A DNA stretch of 64,000 nt from a virus (IMGVR_UViG_3300037454_000603:15646-79645); one strand, 5' to 3'; numbered from the stretch's first letter, positions 49,448-62,109 are shown. The notes: generated by a model from the letters alone, not told the origin. Translations and numbers: made by a program.

Positions 49448-50210
49448 TTACAACCTTATGGTCTCTTGCCTTTCCCTCTTCTATATATCTTAAAAGAGTT
49501 TCTAAACTAATTTCTCTATGACAAGAATAACGCTCAGGACAATAATGAAGTCTTTTACACTTGGGTACAAATATTTCTAATTCTTTTACAAGATATTCCC
49601 ATTCATCAGAATAAATGCAAAGAGCATCTAAAATTTCATTACACAAATCTCTAATTTCCCAATAAGCCCTTTGACATAATCTTTGTTCCATTATGTTTAT
49701 AAGTTCTCTAAGTCCTACTCTAAACATCATTTTAGTTGAATAACTTAAAGGCAAAATTTCACTAGCATCTTCTTTAGCAATACCCATTTCCTTTAATGCT
49801 TTCATTGTTTCATTTGCATTTACCATAAAAAAATCATAAAGATCTTTTGCTTCACTATTTTTTTCTATATCCTTTGGAGTGATATAATCAAAATTATCAT
49901 AATTGATATAACGAGTTGAGGCCTGAAGACGAGTGACATCAATTATATGTGTATAAAGTTCTCTAATACACTTTGCAGACCAACCATCAAGTACCATGTA
50001 AATTTGAGGAAATTCAAGTGTTCTCCAATGCCCACTTTTAAAACAATCAACTCCTCGTTCAAAATTTTTCTTATTATTTTTAATATCAGCTCCCCAACAA
50101 ACTCCTGCTGCAAACCCTGCAAAAGTAAGAGGTTCGTCTGTTGTTTCACTTAGGATAATAACTCTACCCTTCTGGTCAAATCGTCTGCTCAGCATAATTT
50201 TCCTCCTCAT
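49428..50210 (-). CDS. ThyX-like (flavin-dependent thymidylate synthase family) protein. The canonical RHR motif is replaced by YTH.
   Basis: RLCQRAYWEIRDLCNEIL matches the ThyX helix RLCHRAQWEIRELAEAM; upstream segment ELYTHIIDVTRLQASTRY. Confidence 0.5.
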   Translation of the reverse strand: MRRKIMLSRRFDQKGRVIILSETTDEPLTFAGFAAGVCWGADIKNNKKNFERGVDCFKSGHWRTLEFPQIYMVLDGWSAKCIRELYTHIIDVTRLQASTRYINYDNFDYITPKDIEKNSEAKDLYDFFMVNANETMKALKEMGIAKEDASEILPLSYSTKMMFRVGLRELINIMEQRLCQRAYWEIRDLCNEILDALCIYSDEWEYLVKELEIFVPKCKRLHYCPERYSCHREISLETLLRYIEEGKARDHKVVSEKKEE

Positions 50211-50795
50211 TATTCATAGATTCAAATAATTCTAAATCTTCAATTCTTCGACTTATATAATTAAGTTCAAGCGGATAGTAGTCTAAAGCTTTGAAGCTAA
50301 TGTTTAAAATTTTATCTTGTATTTTTTCTTTAAAGCCAATTATTGATGTTGGGGCGGCAAATAGTTTCCCTTCTGTTGAATAGCGATAAACATAATCATC
50401 TCCTGCAAGATAAAGAACATCTACTTTATTACCATTATAATTAGTTTGATAACTCCAACCATCAGTTCTCCAATTTTTAAAACAATTCCAAGGTTTTTCT
50501 TTATATTTATTATCTCTACTTAAAATTATAATTTCACCGTCAATTTGTTTTAAAAGTTCAATTGTTTCATCATCGTTCTTTTCGTTGATTATACCACAAA
50601 GAATTATACTATCTTCTTTTTTAACAAACTCGTTAATTCTCTAAATCACAAACTTATTATATTCTCTAGGAGTTTTTCTCAATTGTCGTGCCGCATCTCG
50701 ACTAAATAGATTTAAATCTCCAACAATCCAACATTTACTCATTCTATCCCTCCTTTATAATATAATTATATCATTTTTAAAGAAAAAAGTCAAGA

Positions 50796-52457
50796 TTAAA
50801 TCTTGACTTCTGTTTTTTCTTTAAGTATCTGTCTCACATATTCCATTGTAAGACTACCACAAATCTTTCCAAAGCCTTCTATAGCTTGAACAGTATCAGG
50901 CTCTTCTTTAAGGCAATCTTCATAAACAAGACGATTAATATTCTTTGCAATAGTTCCCATGTGAGTCTCGTTCCAATCCCAAGGAATTATTTGATCTTCA
51001 GCAAGTTTTTCCAGAATTTTCTCAATACGACGACGAGTTACTACTGTTGCGGCATAGTTACGTAAAGCTTCCTTTTTCTTAAGCTCTTCTGGGTCGACAG
51101 GTTTCTTATGGTCTTTATGAACTTCACTAAACTTCTCAGAAACAAGCTTTAAATATATTGGACGTCTACTATCATTATCTTTAAGACGCTCCTGTGATTT
51201 TACTACTACACCTTCGCCGCAAGGCTGGGCATTAAGATTTGTTTGCCCAATAAAAGAATAAACATGGTCCCAACCTCTAAATGGACCAGTATAAAATATA
51301 GGTGCCATATAGATAGTTTCCATAACCTTCATTGTTGACTTAGCAAGACCATTAAAAATAGCAAGCACATCTTCAAAAGGTAACCAACTTTCTTCTACAG
51401 TATCCCATATATCAAAAAGATAAAATTTTTTATAAAAAACTTCATCATATGAAATTGTATGTTTACAATTATGCACAATAAAATTATTAGCGATAAAATT
51501 GGCTATATTTTCGTTGCCACTCATACAAATATCATAACAATCTTCTTCACCGACATCCTCGATAGAAATAATATAGTCAAACTCATAATCAAATTTAGGC
51601 TGATTCTTAAATTTAGTATGACTATTTCCGTGACAATCTTGACAAAGTACTTGCCAATTATCTTCAGTATTATGAAAAGGATTCTCATCTTTATGATGAA
51701 GATTTAGTCCATTTGTGGCTCCGCATATCTCACATTTTCCAATTCTATCCTTGTATTCTTTCTGTTTTCTAAATATCTCTCTCGTACCAATTCCATAAGT
51801 TCTTTGATGAGTATTCCTTGTAATAAAATCTGTAATAGCAACACAATCATACTCAGAAAGTTTTCCTAATTCTACCCACCCCTTAGGAGTTAAAAAAGGA
51901 TGATTAGCAGTAGCTTTAATTGAATAACCTTTATGAGTTGTCAGCTTATAAACCTTTTTCTTTCCAGTATAAACAATTTCTTGTATTTTATTGGGCTGAA
52001 TTATATCAGTTTCCAAATCAAGAGAATAAATACTTGGATAGCCATTCCTCTCCCACCAGCTCTTAGTTCTTCCCTCTTCTGGAGTATGAGCATATTCATA
52101 CATTTCTTTCAGCGTCATTTCTTTTTTTCCTTTTCCTGCGCTGACTTTTTTAATAACTGTATCTCCAGAAAGACAAAGCCATTCGCCAAACAAAATATAA
52201 CGACCGTAATTAGTTGCAATAGCTACGGCCTGTTTAGGTAAACGTTGAGTCCACTCCCAAAAACCATTAAGAGTATTCATTTCATTTAACGGTCGGCGAC
52301 GAGAGAAAGCAACAACGCTATCTGTTTCGGAATCATAGGAAAATGCACTTGAGGATCCGTCAACCTTCTCACTTATTGTAATCTCTTCTCCTATTTTAAA
52401 ACAATTGATATATTTTTCTTTTAAACGTTCTATATCTATATACTTTTTTTGTTTCAT
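50796..52457 (-). CDS. Rnl2-like RNA ligase (motif I EKVDGSS; FGEW; FDIWD; EGVVVK). Interrupted by an intein (residues ~95-330) that carries an HNH domain.
   Basis: Intein boundaries FGEWL/CLSGDTV and FIVHN/CKHT; HNH CEICG...HHKDENPFHN...LCQDCH. Confidence 0.65.
   Translation of the reverse strand: MKQKKYIDIERLKEKYINCFKIGEEITISEKVDGSSSAFSYDSETDSVVAFSRRRPLNEMNTLNGFWEWTQRLPKQAVAIATNYGRYILFGEWLCLSGDTVIKKVSAGKGKKEMTLKEMYEYAHTPEEGRTKSWWERNGYPSIYSLDLETDIIQPNKIQEIVYTGKKKVYKLTTHKGYSIKATANHPFLTPKGWVELGKLSEYDCVAITDFITRNTHQRTYGIGTREIFRKQKEYKDRIGKCEICGATNGLNLHHKDENPFHNTEDNWQVLCQDCHGNSHTKFKNQPKFDYEFDYIISIEDVGEEDCYDICMSGNENIANFIANNFIVHNCKHTISYDEVFYKKFYLFDIWDTVEESWLPFEDVLAIFNGLAKSTMKVMETIYMAPIFYTGPFRGWDHVYSFIGQTNLNAQPCGEGVVVKSQERLKDNDSRRPIYLKLVSEKFSEVHKDHKKPVDPEELKKKEALRNYAATVVTRRRIEKILEKLAEDQIIPWDWNETHMGTIAKNINRLVYEDCLKEEPDTVQAIEGFGKICGSLTMEYVRQILKEKTEVKI
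51468..52175 (-). other. Intein (Hint domain plus HNH homing endonuclease) inside the Rnl2-like ligase
   Basis: Block A CLSGDT at the N-terminus, block G VHN-C at the C-terminus. Confidence 0.6.
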
Positions 52458-52459
52458 TT

Positions 52460-53390
52460 TAATCTATCCTCCAAATATTTTAAATTTATTTTATTCTTAT
52501 CTGTATATGGAATTATTATTAAAGGAATATTATGTTCTTTACAATACTGCTATTTTTTTAAATCATTTTCCTTTAAATTTTTAAAACTTTCCTCTCCTCC
52601 AAAAAAATCTATTGGTTCATAATGTTGCTATCCATTAAATTCAATTAAATACTTTAATATATTATCTTTAAACAAAGCAAAATCAAATCTTAATACCTTT
52701 TCTTTTCCTTTTAAATCCTAAAAAGAATATTCTCTTTCTACTCTATAATTCATTGTAGATAGTATACTAGCAATAATTGTTTCACCCTATGATTTTATAC
52801 AACCACAAGACTATGTCTAATTAGATATTAAATTATAACTATTTACTGTGACATAATTCCCGCAATCACATTTACATAACCAATAAGCGTGGGTATTATT
52901 ATTTTTTCTATTTTTCATTGCTTCCTCATCAATTTTTAAAGCAATCAATTTTCCAAATCTTTGATTGGTCAAATCTTTTCGTTTTTCTTTTAATTTATCT
53001 AAATTTAAGCATCCACAAGATTGAGTATCTCCAGCTTTTAAATTGAGAGTCTTAGCTATAATTTCTTTTCCGCAATCACAGCGACATAGCCATGCAGTTC
53101 TTAACATACCAGAAGGCTCTCTTATAGATTCAACTTGCTTAAGAACGGTTAATCTACCAAAACGTTGTCCTTCAAGCTAATTACCAACTGCTTCTCTAAC
53201 TCTTTCATTTCTTAGACAGCCGCACGATAAAACTTTTCCCTATCTTAAATCATTTCCATAAACGTTTTTAATTGTACCACATTCGCACTAACAAGTCCAT
53301 TTAATCCTTTTAGTAGTACGAGGATTTTCTTCATGTAATACAGTTAATCTTCCAAATACTTGTCCTGTTAAATCAATCTTATTACCCATT
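52460..53390 (-). CDS. Nuclease-like protein. Three tandem zinc-ribbon repeats (FGRLTVL...WxCxCDCG...SCGC) plus a C-terminal PD-(D/E)XK/DUF559-like domain (LRFDFAL...IEFNG-TAG-QHY). At least six in-frame TAG codons.
   Basis: ORF 52817-53107 is a central piece; hand translation of both flanks. Confidence 0.45.
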
Positions 53391-53621
53391 TATATCTACC
53401 TCCCATATTGTAGTCCCATATATTATAATATAGAAGGAAAGATATTATGGGCTATCCTTGTCGAGAGACTAGCTACTTTCTCTCTATCCTTCTATTTATA
53501 AGTATTAGAAAAATTATTCATATTCAAACTTTTCTTTTTTTTCTGTAATAAGTATATCAAAAATTTTTAAAAAATTCAAATATTCTACTATTCTTTTAAG
53601 AAGATAGACTTTTTACTTATT

Positions 53622-53690
53622 CCGCGCCGCCGTACCATATATTTATCCAATATCTAGCTCTTGTCCACTATGGGCGCCGGCACAACGTAA
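53622..53690 (-). repeat. GC-rich hairpin element upstream of promoter module 53540-53590
   Basis: GCGCCGCCGTACCATAT ... GGGCGCCGGCAC. Confidence 0.6.
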
Positions 53691-53855
53691 CTTGAATAAA
53701 TAAAAAAAGAGCAGTATTACCTGCTCTTTCCAAATGCGTTGATTTTCTCTAATTGATATTTTTACTTTCTTCTACGTTGGATTTTTCGCTTTAAAAAACT
53801 TAAATTGAAGTTGCCAATTTCAATTCCAGCTATCGTCTCTCTCAGAGCTCGATGT

Positions 53856-54815
53856 TTACCAAGTAACGGCGACGTCAAGTTGATAAGGGTTGCTATAAGC
53901 AAAACCACCAGTATCACAAACAATTGCCGTTCCTAATGAACATTCTACTAAAGTTCCGCGTGGATGTACGTCTAGAGCAGCAGCTACCATAATGTAATTT
54001 CCTAACATCTTGCATCCGTCTGAACGAACCCAATATGGATAATTTACAGAGTCAAAGCCCATTCCCCTCATTATTGAAATTACTCCAGTCATGTCTAAGT
54101 TGTAGTATGTTTCTTTTCCAGACGGACCATAAACAACACCAGCTGAAGGATTAAGAACAGGGCCATTCCAGTAAGTCGGTGAACTCACGATTGGTTCAGG
54201 CTCCTTATATTCATTAATTACTTCAATATTAGGATTACATTCTGTACAAATTCTAGCTTCTATATCGCTTGTATCAGTTATCTCATAACATTCATTGGAA
54301 ACCCAATGACAAGTTGCTCTATGAAGATAATGGGTGCTAGGCTTAAATACTATTTTGTCTTTTAGCTAAGGACCTATGCTTCCTACCATGCGTTCAGTAT
54401 CTTCATTCATAGTAGGCTCAATGTCTTCAATAGGTGGAGGTCCAAGTTCAGGCTTTACTTCCTCTGTGATAACAATGCGGCTATTACGCAAGCTATTAGA
54501 ACTTGAACTATCGGAATTCCTGCTAGAGTTACTGTCCTTCCGAAAGCCTTCAGAAGTTTCTTCTTTATTGACCTCTTCTTCACAACTTTCATTTTTAGAA
54601 GAATTTTCTTTCTGTTCTGAAGAGCTGTCTTCAAGTTCAGAAGAATCATCAATTTGAGAAGAGCTATCTTCTTTTACTTTCTGTTCCATAGTTATTTCTT
54701 TCTGAATAAAAGAACTGTCCTTTCTGTCAGCTCTCTTGTCTATTTGACCACAGCCAGAAAATATTATGACAGTTATTGTCATAATTGCTGCAATCATTAA
54801 ACCAAATTTCTTCAT
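53856..54815 (-). CDS. Secreted lipoprotein (signal peptide with lipobox FSGC; S/E-rich linker) with a C-terminal 3D-domain peptidoglycan hydrolase. Two in-frame TAG codons.
   Basis: ORFs 54366-54815 and 53856-54188 share a frame; 3D motif LDVHPRGTLVECSLGTAIVCDTGG. Confidence 0.55.
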
Positions 54816-55086
54816 TTTAATTCCTCCTTAATTCGGTACTAAACCGCGTCAAGAGAAATCAACGCTGATAACGTTAGCGAAAAACGTTACTTTTATAAGT
54901 AATATTTTATCATAAATTCTCTAAAAAATCAAGATTTTGATTATCTTCTTGAAATCCAAAAAGCATTATAGTCTAACTATTATCTTCTTTTCTGATGATA
55001 AAACCCTTTACATCAAAAATTTTATGAGGTAAAATATGACAAATAATACCTTGCTCTTTAAAACATTCATTTATATCTTCCATTAA

Positions 55087-55401
55087 CTATTCTGTCTTTT
55101 CATCTAAATTTGGAAAAAGACAAAGATAATGTAAAACTTCATTAAAACAATCATAAGGCTCTTGAAGCATTAAAGCATGACCTGATTTAATTACGGGAAT
55201 ATTGCCTATTAACTTATTGCCCTCTTCGTTTATAAAGCCATATCTTTCTTTTAAAATAGGAATAATAACACTTAAAGCAATTTTAAATTCCCTATCATTA
55301 AGTTCTATAAATTTAGGCTGAGTTGCTTTTAGAAATTGATGAAATAAATAATCAATTTCAACAGTCATATTGTCATCTTTATAAAGCAAATAATTTTTCA
55401 T
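55087..55401 (-). CDS. Hypothetical protein
   Basis: Intact ORF. Confidence 0.45.
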   Translation of the reverse strand: MKNYLLYKDDNMTVEIDYLFHQFLKATQPKFIELNDREFKIALSVIIPILKERYGFINEEGNKLIGNIPVIKSGHALMLQEPYDCFNEVLHYLCLFPNLDEKTE

Positions 55402-56519
55402 TAGAAAAATATCATCTCCTGCTGAGTTTTTTCAGCAATCCTTCCAGCCTCTCCCTTCTTATTCATACCTTGTCCTTTTTTATATCGTTTAGCAATAGAA
55501 GGGCACCAATAAAGAATATTCTGAGCTCTGGTTGCGGCGACATAAGCAATTTTTCGCTCTTCTTCGCAATAACATCTTACTCCTACTGTTATAACATTAG
55601 GAGCCTCAAGGCCTTTACTTGTATGTACTGTTAAAATTTTTACGCGATTACTGCTCATTAATTGTTCTAATTCAATTAAATCTAGGTCTCCACGTTTAAA
55701 TGTTACATTTGGAATTCCTCTTTCATCAAGAATTTCTTGCGCCGCGGCAAGTTCATTATTGGTTCTTGTTAAAATAAACCAATCGCCCCAATTTCCATTA
55801 ATTTCTAGTTCTTCTATTGCATCATCAAAAGAGCATCTTTCCACAATACCTTTTTGAGTTTTGTGAGGAACCGATTTTGGACTCATAGGATTGTAAGAAT
55901 TTAAGAAGTCTTCTGCAAAAGAAAGAATATTTGGCGCATTACGATAATTTTCTACTAAGAAATATTTTTTATAATTATCGTCTTTATAGAAATTTTCCAG
56001 ATATTTAAGTGAGCTACCTTTAAAGCCGTAAATTGCTTGTCGATCATCTCCAACCCAGAACCAATTCTTAGCAGGAATCTTTTCCAAAAATCCATATTCT
56101 AGTGGGCCTATATCCTGACATTCATCAATTAGAATGTGTTCAACAGGAAAGAACTGATGACTTTTTAAACATCTTGTCTTTTCTAGAATTTTGTCAAATT
56201 CAAATTGTTTAGTAAAGATTGAAGTATCTATACCATTATAAATACAAATATCACTTGCGTAAGCATGAACCGTACCAATAAAAGCTCCAAGACAAACATC
56301 TCCTAGTCTTGCCTTCATTTCCTCTGCCGCGGCGGTGGTGAAAGTTATTGCAACAATACTTTCGGGCGGCACATGGCGTTCTTCTATTAGGTATTTAATT
56401 CGTTCGGTAAGAACCCTAGTTTTGCCTGCTGATGCACAAGCTAAGCATAAGATTTTAGGTTCAGTAGCTTCAACAACTTTTCGTTGTCTTATATTAAGTT
56501 TCATGTAGAATTCCTCCAA
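55401..56519 (-). CDS. Compact UvrD/PcrA-like SF1 helicase (ASAGKTR; DECQD; VGDDRQAIYGFKG; HTSKGLE)
   Basis: Helicase motifs in order. Confidence 0.6.
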   Translation of the reverse strand: MEEFYMKLNIRQRKVVEATEPKILCLACASAGKTRVLTERIKYLIEERHVPPESIVAITFTTAAAEEMKARLGDVCLGAFIGTVHAYASDICIYNGIDTSIFTKQFEFDKILEKTRCLKSHQFFPVEHILIDECQDIGPLEYGFLEKIPAKNWFWVGDDRQAIYGFKGSSLKYLENFYKDDNYKKYFLVENYRNAPNILSFAEDFLNSYNPMSPKSVPHKTQKGIVERCSFDDAIEELEINGNWGDWFILTRTNNELAAAQEILDERGIPNVTFKRGDLDLIELEQLMSSNRVKILTVHTSKGLEAPNVITVGVRCYCEEERKIAYVAATRAQNILYWCPSIAKRYKKGQGMNKKGEAGRIAEKTQQEMIFF

Positions 56520-56582
56520 ATCTATTTTTTCTATTTATAGTATAGCATAAAAAGAAAGAGAAGTCAATTAATGACTTCTCTA

Positions 56583-59500
56583 AAAAATATTAATCGTTCT
56601 AACCGTTCCAGCTATGTAATAAGAAATAGAAATAAGACTTATTGTTTTGTGTTGATATTGTATAATTAAGTTCCAAAGCTCCATAAGTTAAATGACTTTC
56701 AAAAATAATATCTCCAATTTGGAGGGAACCTAAATTTATATTACTATCTATAACCTTAATACCTTCTCTTAAAGTACCGCCGTCTGAAAATTGACCAATT
56801 CTAAATGAAAAATATCTAGTATCATTATCATTAGCTAAAAAGTTTTCTATTCTTTCAAAAAGTTCCTAATCGGCAGAACTTACCGATGGTTTTCCTCTCA
56901 TTAGCCATCTAGCGTATTTTTTAAAACTAATTTCGAAATCTTGCTAAGTCGCAATGCCGCTAGGTAATGAATCAAAAAAGTAAACTTTTAACAAATTACC
57001 ACTTTCACCATAATAAAAATTGCCAGCATTTCCAGAGGAACCTATTAAATTTCCACTAAATTGACCAGGAGTTAATGCAAGACCTTGAAATTCTTCATTT
57101 ACTTCCGTCTATGAAAAAGCAATATAATTCCAACAAGCGGATTGAGTGGCATTACCTATAACACAATAATTCGTTACAACGAAGGGAATTGTATCGCATG
57201 GGCTCGAAGCTAACTCACCTAAATAGAAACCTTTAACTGGTTTTTTAGTTGCGGTTGTACTAGGATCGAGAGGAGGGGCAGGAGGTGGATTAGAACCGTG
57301 GCTAACAAACTAATCAATATTTAAATTAGATTGTGCCATATCTGTTGATTGCATAGTTAAAATCCAAGTATCAACTATTCTTTCTCCTTCTCCCGCGACT
57401 TCATGAGCTACATCATAAACTCTTAAAGTCATAGTTAATCCCGTAAAGCTTTCATTATAAGTTGCATCGAGTGATACTGGTACAACTCTTAACATGCCAT
57501 ATGGATTCATTCCACTAGGAGTTACACTTCCTGCTCCAGAGAAGTTAGTTACATAAAACTCATTTTCTACATCATAGGCATCTATTCTATCTTCATAAAG
57601 TAAAGGATTGATTGAAATATTATTTGTATCAGCAAAATAATATAAATAAGTTCTATTAAGATTTCTATCATAAAGAATAACACCTGGATAATATTCTGAA
57701 TAATAGTAATTATGAGAATAGTTATTCATTCTGAAGTAAGGAACAATACATAGGTTACTCTCTGAATACTGCGAGAATAAATATCTTAGCTAACCCTATG
57801 CATATTGTAGCGCCGAGAGACCAGTTCTGCTACTATTATCAAAATCATCAAACTTAACATAATTTCTTAAATCGTCAACTGGAACAGGAACAACTTCACA
57901 GTGAACGTCTTTATAGAAAGGTTCCTAAGATAAAACCGCATACATAGCCCATAAATACTGTGTATTTTGCCAAAGTTGAATTAATTCATTCAAAATTGAA
58001 TCAAGTAAGGGCTTTAATTTATTGCCAAAAATAAACTCACAAATTCCAGTTAAAACTTCACTAATAACCCAGAAGTTTCTATTTAAATCTTCAACCTCGA
58101 CATATCTTAGATATCGCGGCATTAGTAAACGAATCCAATTGCCTTTTTCGTTTGTAAAATCTAAATTATCACTATATTCAATAACAGCTCTAATTGCATC
58201 TGGGTCTCGTGCCTGTTGATAAGATGTCCCACTTTTATTTTCCCAAGGAATAACCCAAGTCGTATCATCTGAGCATTCCCATCTAAAAGAATTACCTGCA
58301 TCTGCATTCTTTAAATCTCCAACTTTAACACTGCCATATAAAGTAGCATTATCCCCAAAACTTCCGTCAAAATCGCTTGCAAGTTGACAAATGCTTTCAT
58401 TCCAGAACTAATTGCCAGATTCACCTAAATAGTCTGTTAAAGTTGAATTAAAATCTATTGAAGCATCTATATGTCCGAAAACAGTATCGTTTCCAATTGC
58501 GCTGCCTAAGAAAGGCCCTTCGGGAGAAAGAATAATTCTATCAAGCATACTTGTCCATATATTATTAATAGAGGCAGACAAACTTGATAAAGTAGAAGAA
58601 TTAAAATCATTATAATTTAACTAGCTATTTTTATCATATAAATCCTAAAATAACTAATCAAAAGTTGTATAAGCCATTTAGTTTATCACCTCTTTTATTA
58701 TGGATTAATATAATCTAAAATTCCACTTGAATCAAAAATATAACCTTTCATTGGAAGAGCCTAGCCAAGACTTCCATCGTTAACATAAGTAGGAGTATTA
58801 TAATTGTCCCAAGTTGGATCATTATCCCATTCTCTAAACATACTTATCTAATCATCAGAAACCTTAAATTTATTATTATCACCATCGTATTCAAAGAAAA
58901 GCTATAAAACGTGAGTATGTCTACCACCAACATAAGTTGCTTTATTGCCTTGTATACTAGAACTGTAGCCATCAAATAAATTCCAAATTCCTGAAACTTT
59001 ATAGTAATGCTATAAAACATAGGTAACTGTATGACCAACTCCTCCGCCGGCAATATAATCATTAATAGCATCTATTACTTCTTGCTAAGTCGGATTATCT
59101 GGTAGACCTAATTCATCAGCTGTTACATACCAATATCCAGTGGCACTTCCACCAGTTACTACTATTTGTTCAACAGTATTAGTTTCTTTGTTAAAATGAT
59201 ATAAGACCTGTGCCGTAGTTTGAGCATTAACTCTATAAATTGTTTCATTAGGTTTACTTGTAGCATTAAGCTACGGAAGTCTCCATTTGTCTGAAGAACC
59301 CTAAGCAGGATTTTCTCTTAAAAGACTAGCGGGGAAATTTCCCACGAAACCTTCAGCTTTATTAATAGGAATAACAGTATCTATAAAGCCCACTGTGACT
59401 CCATTCTCATCATTAATTGGATACGAAAATTTATATCCATCAATATCAATTTCTGGTAGGTCTGCACTATCTAAATATTCCATAGGAACATATCTAACAT

Positions 59501-61780
59501 AATGACATAAAATATTCTAAGTCCAATACCCCTAATAACCTTGCGCCGCCCCCTCATAACCTCCAAGCCAAGAAGAAACACCAATTGAAGTTAAAATATA
59601 ATTAATTTTATTTTTATCAAGATAATCTTCGCTATCCACTTGTTCAAATGCATATTGAAGATATCTCTAACTCATATCTGCACTTAAACCTTTTAGACCA
59701 CAAACGTTACTAAGATTATTTCTTTTATTAAATTTAACTTCGCTTTTATCATTTATTTTAAAGAAAGATAACTTCCAGTCATCATTAACTTTTTCAAGCT
59801 TTTCTGACATAAAAACGGCTTCCTAGGTCTAGTCAGTTGGGCTAAGCGGATTCTAAGAATCATGATTATTAAAATATCCTTGAATACTATTAAGTCCAGA
59901 AGTAGTTCCCGCGGCACCAATAGTCAAATTACATTTATATCCAGTTCGTTTTCCAGAACTGTCTAAAACTTCTCTTACAGGACCATTTATATTAATAGGA
60001 GCTTGCATTGTAACTGACTAACCTACAAGACTTTCTATATTTGTTCCTTTAGGAAAATATTCACCAATTTTTAACAAAGTTCCCTAATTAGCAATTGATA
60101 ATCCTTTAGTATCATACTCAACCTAACCGCCAACCTCATAAGAAGAATAATCATAATCTGTCACTAATTCTCCTTTATAACAATTATCGCCAGAATTCCT
60201 TGCTGTAAACTATACTGGTAGTCTATGTTTAACTTCTTCTTCAAGAGAGGTTCTAAATATAACTTCACTAGTATTATTAATAACTGTAGCTTGATCTGAT
60301 TCAACCACTCCAACAAGTGACTTAGTTCCAAAGATTAATCTTTCAGCGGCATCATAGAAATTAAAAGATATATCTGCGTTTAAAAAGTCGCCGTCTCTCA
60401 CGCATCTCAAAACAGGTTTAACTTCTAATTCTGTTTCATATTTATAATTGTTTTGAGTAGATTCAAGTATCATATCTCTTGTTTCTAAAAGCCCTCTAGA
60501 ATTATAGTATAAATAAAGTCCTGAATAGGGGAAAAAGTATTTAGTATGTTCGTTATTAATGCCATACAAATATCTTCCAAAAAATCTACCAGCAGCGCGT
60601 GCCTAGCGGGCTGGTGCCACTTCATTCATTGGTACAGTTACGTCAATACCAAAAGTTAAAGGCGCTTTAGTGGCATAGAAAGTACCTCCACCTTCTAAAT
60701 CCTAAAGACCATAATAGGAACTAAGAGGTTTAAAAGTTTCAACATTTCTAGCTCTATCATAAAAATATAAGAAAGGATAAGATTCATAATAATAATAATT
60801 ATGTTCATAATTCTAATACCTAATACAAGGAAGCACACATAAATCATACTTTGAATATTTTTGCTTTAAAAACTAAATACTTTTTTTAATCTTTTGAAAG
60901 TTATGATTATTATTTTCTGGCTTTTCAAGAAAAGGCGGATATTCTTCATCAATATCCCATCCATTATCAAAGTTATCATATTTCTTATGTGGCTAAAACT
61001 CATTATTGGGAATATAAAGAACTTCACAATGTACACCTTCAATCCTCTACTGTTCCGCCGCAAGCAGTCCCGCGGCAACCCAAAGATATAACATATTTTC
61101 CCAAAGTTCACCAAGTTCTGTAATCAATCCTTCTATAATATCTTTCAATCCTTCTGGACCAAGCAAAAACTAGCATGCGCCAGAGATTACACTACTAATA
61201 ACCCAAAAGTTTCTATTTAAATCTTCAACTTCAACTCTACGAGTATTCATTGGCATTATTAATCGTATTGCGTTTAAAGCATCACTCTAACTCTTTGGAG
61301 AAGTAAACTAAAGTTGTGTGCCGTTTTGTATTACAGCTAAGCACTCATCGTAGCGACAAGTATTATAGTCATTATTACTTAAGTTTTTCCAAGGACGAAC
61401 AAAGTTTTCTGTGTTCTAAAAAGATAGTCCCGCGTCCCCATTTCGTAAATCATATATTGTAAATATATTATTAAAATTTCCATTAGCAAATAAAGTTTCA
61501 TTTTTATCAATTAACGCTTGAATACTTTCATTCCAAAAAGTATCTCGCTCTTGACCTGGCTCGGGATCAGGTAAATGAATAATATAATCATACAAGTCTC
61601 CTAAATCAGCTTTTTGCTGGATTCGACCAAATAGAGTTTGTATATTTGTAATGTTCTCTTTATGTAGCAATCCTTCCTAATTTTTATATGCCGCCAGCCT
61701 ATCTTTCCAATAGTTTATCTTGTCTGTATTGGATAAAAGCTTAGATAAATCCTCAATATTGGGATTATAATTAATCGCCA
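56583..61780 (-). CDS. One or more very large structural ORFs (tail-fibre or receptor-binding-like) dense with in-frame TAG codons. Internal boundaries unresolved.
   Basis: Continuous minus-strand coding frame across TAG codons; track ORFs 57310-57729, 60210-60569 and 61416-61670 are fragments; no promoter modules inside. Confidence 0.4.
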
Positions 61781-62107
61781 TTAACCTTCACCACCACTAT
61801 CCTCTTCTTTATTAATTTGAAATCTATTCCAAATATCCTTCAAAGAATCGAATCCATTCATGGCAATAAAAGCAGTTATAAAACCAACAATTATACCAAT
61901 TCCAACTGCTTTTAAAATTAAGCCGTAGCATATAAAAGAAGCTATCATGCATACTAAAACTCCTACAATTAATGTTAAAGCTTTTGTTGGAAATGATTTT
62001 GGTAATACTTGCTTTAAAACTTGAACAATAATTGATGTTATCGCGGCAAGAACACCTAAATCAGTTAAAGTCGCACCAGTTGTTAAACCTAAAATCTGTT
62101 CTAACAT
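61781..62107 (-). CDS. Holin-like small membrane protein (three TM segments)
   Basis: Hydrophobic segments; position in the lysis/structural block. Confidence 0.4.
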   Translation of the reverse strand: MLEQILGLTTGATLTDLGVLAAITSIIVQVLKQVLPKSFPTKALTLIVGVLVCMIASFICYGLILKAVGIGIIVGFITAFIAMNGFDSLKDIWNRFQINKEEDSGGEG

Positions 62108-62109
62108 TA

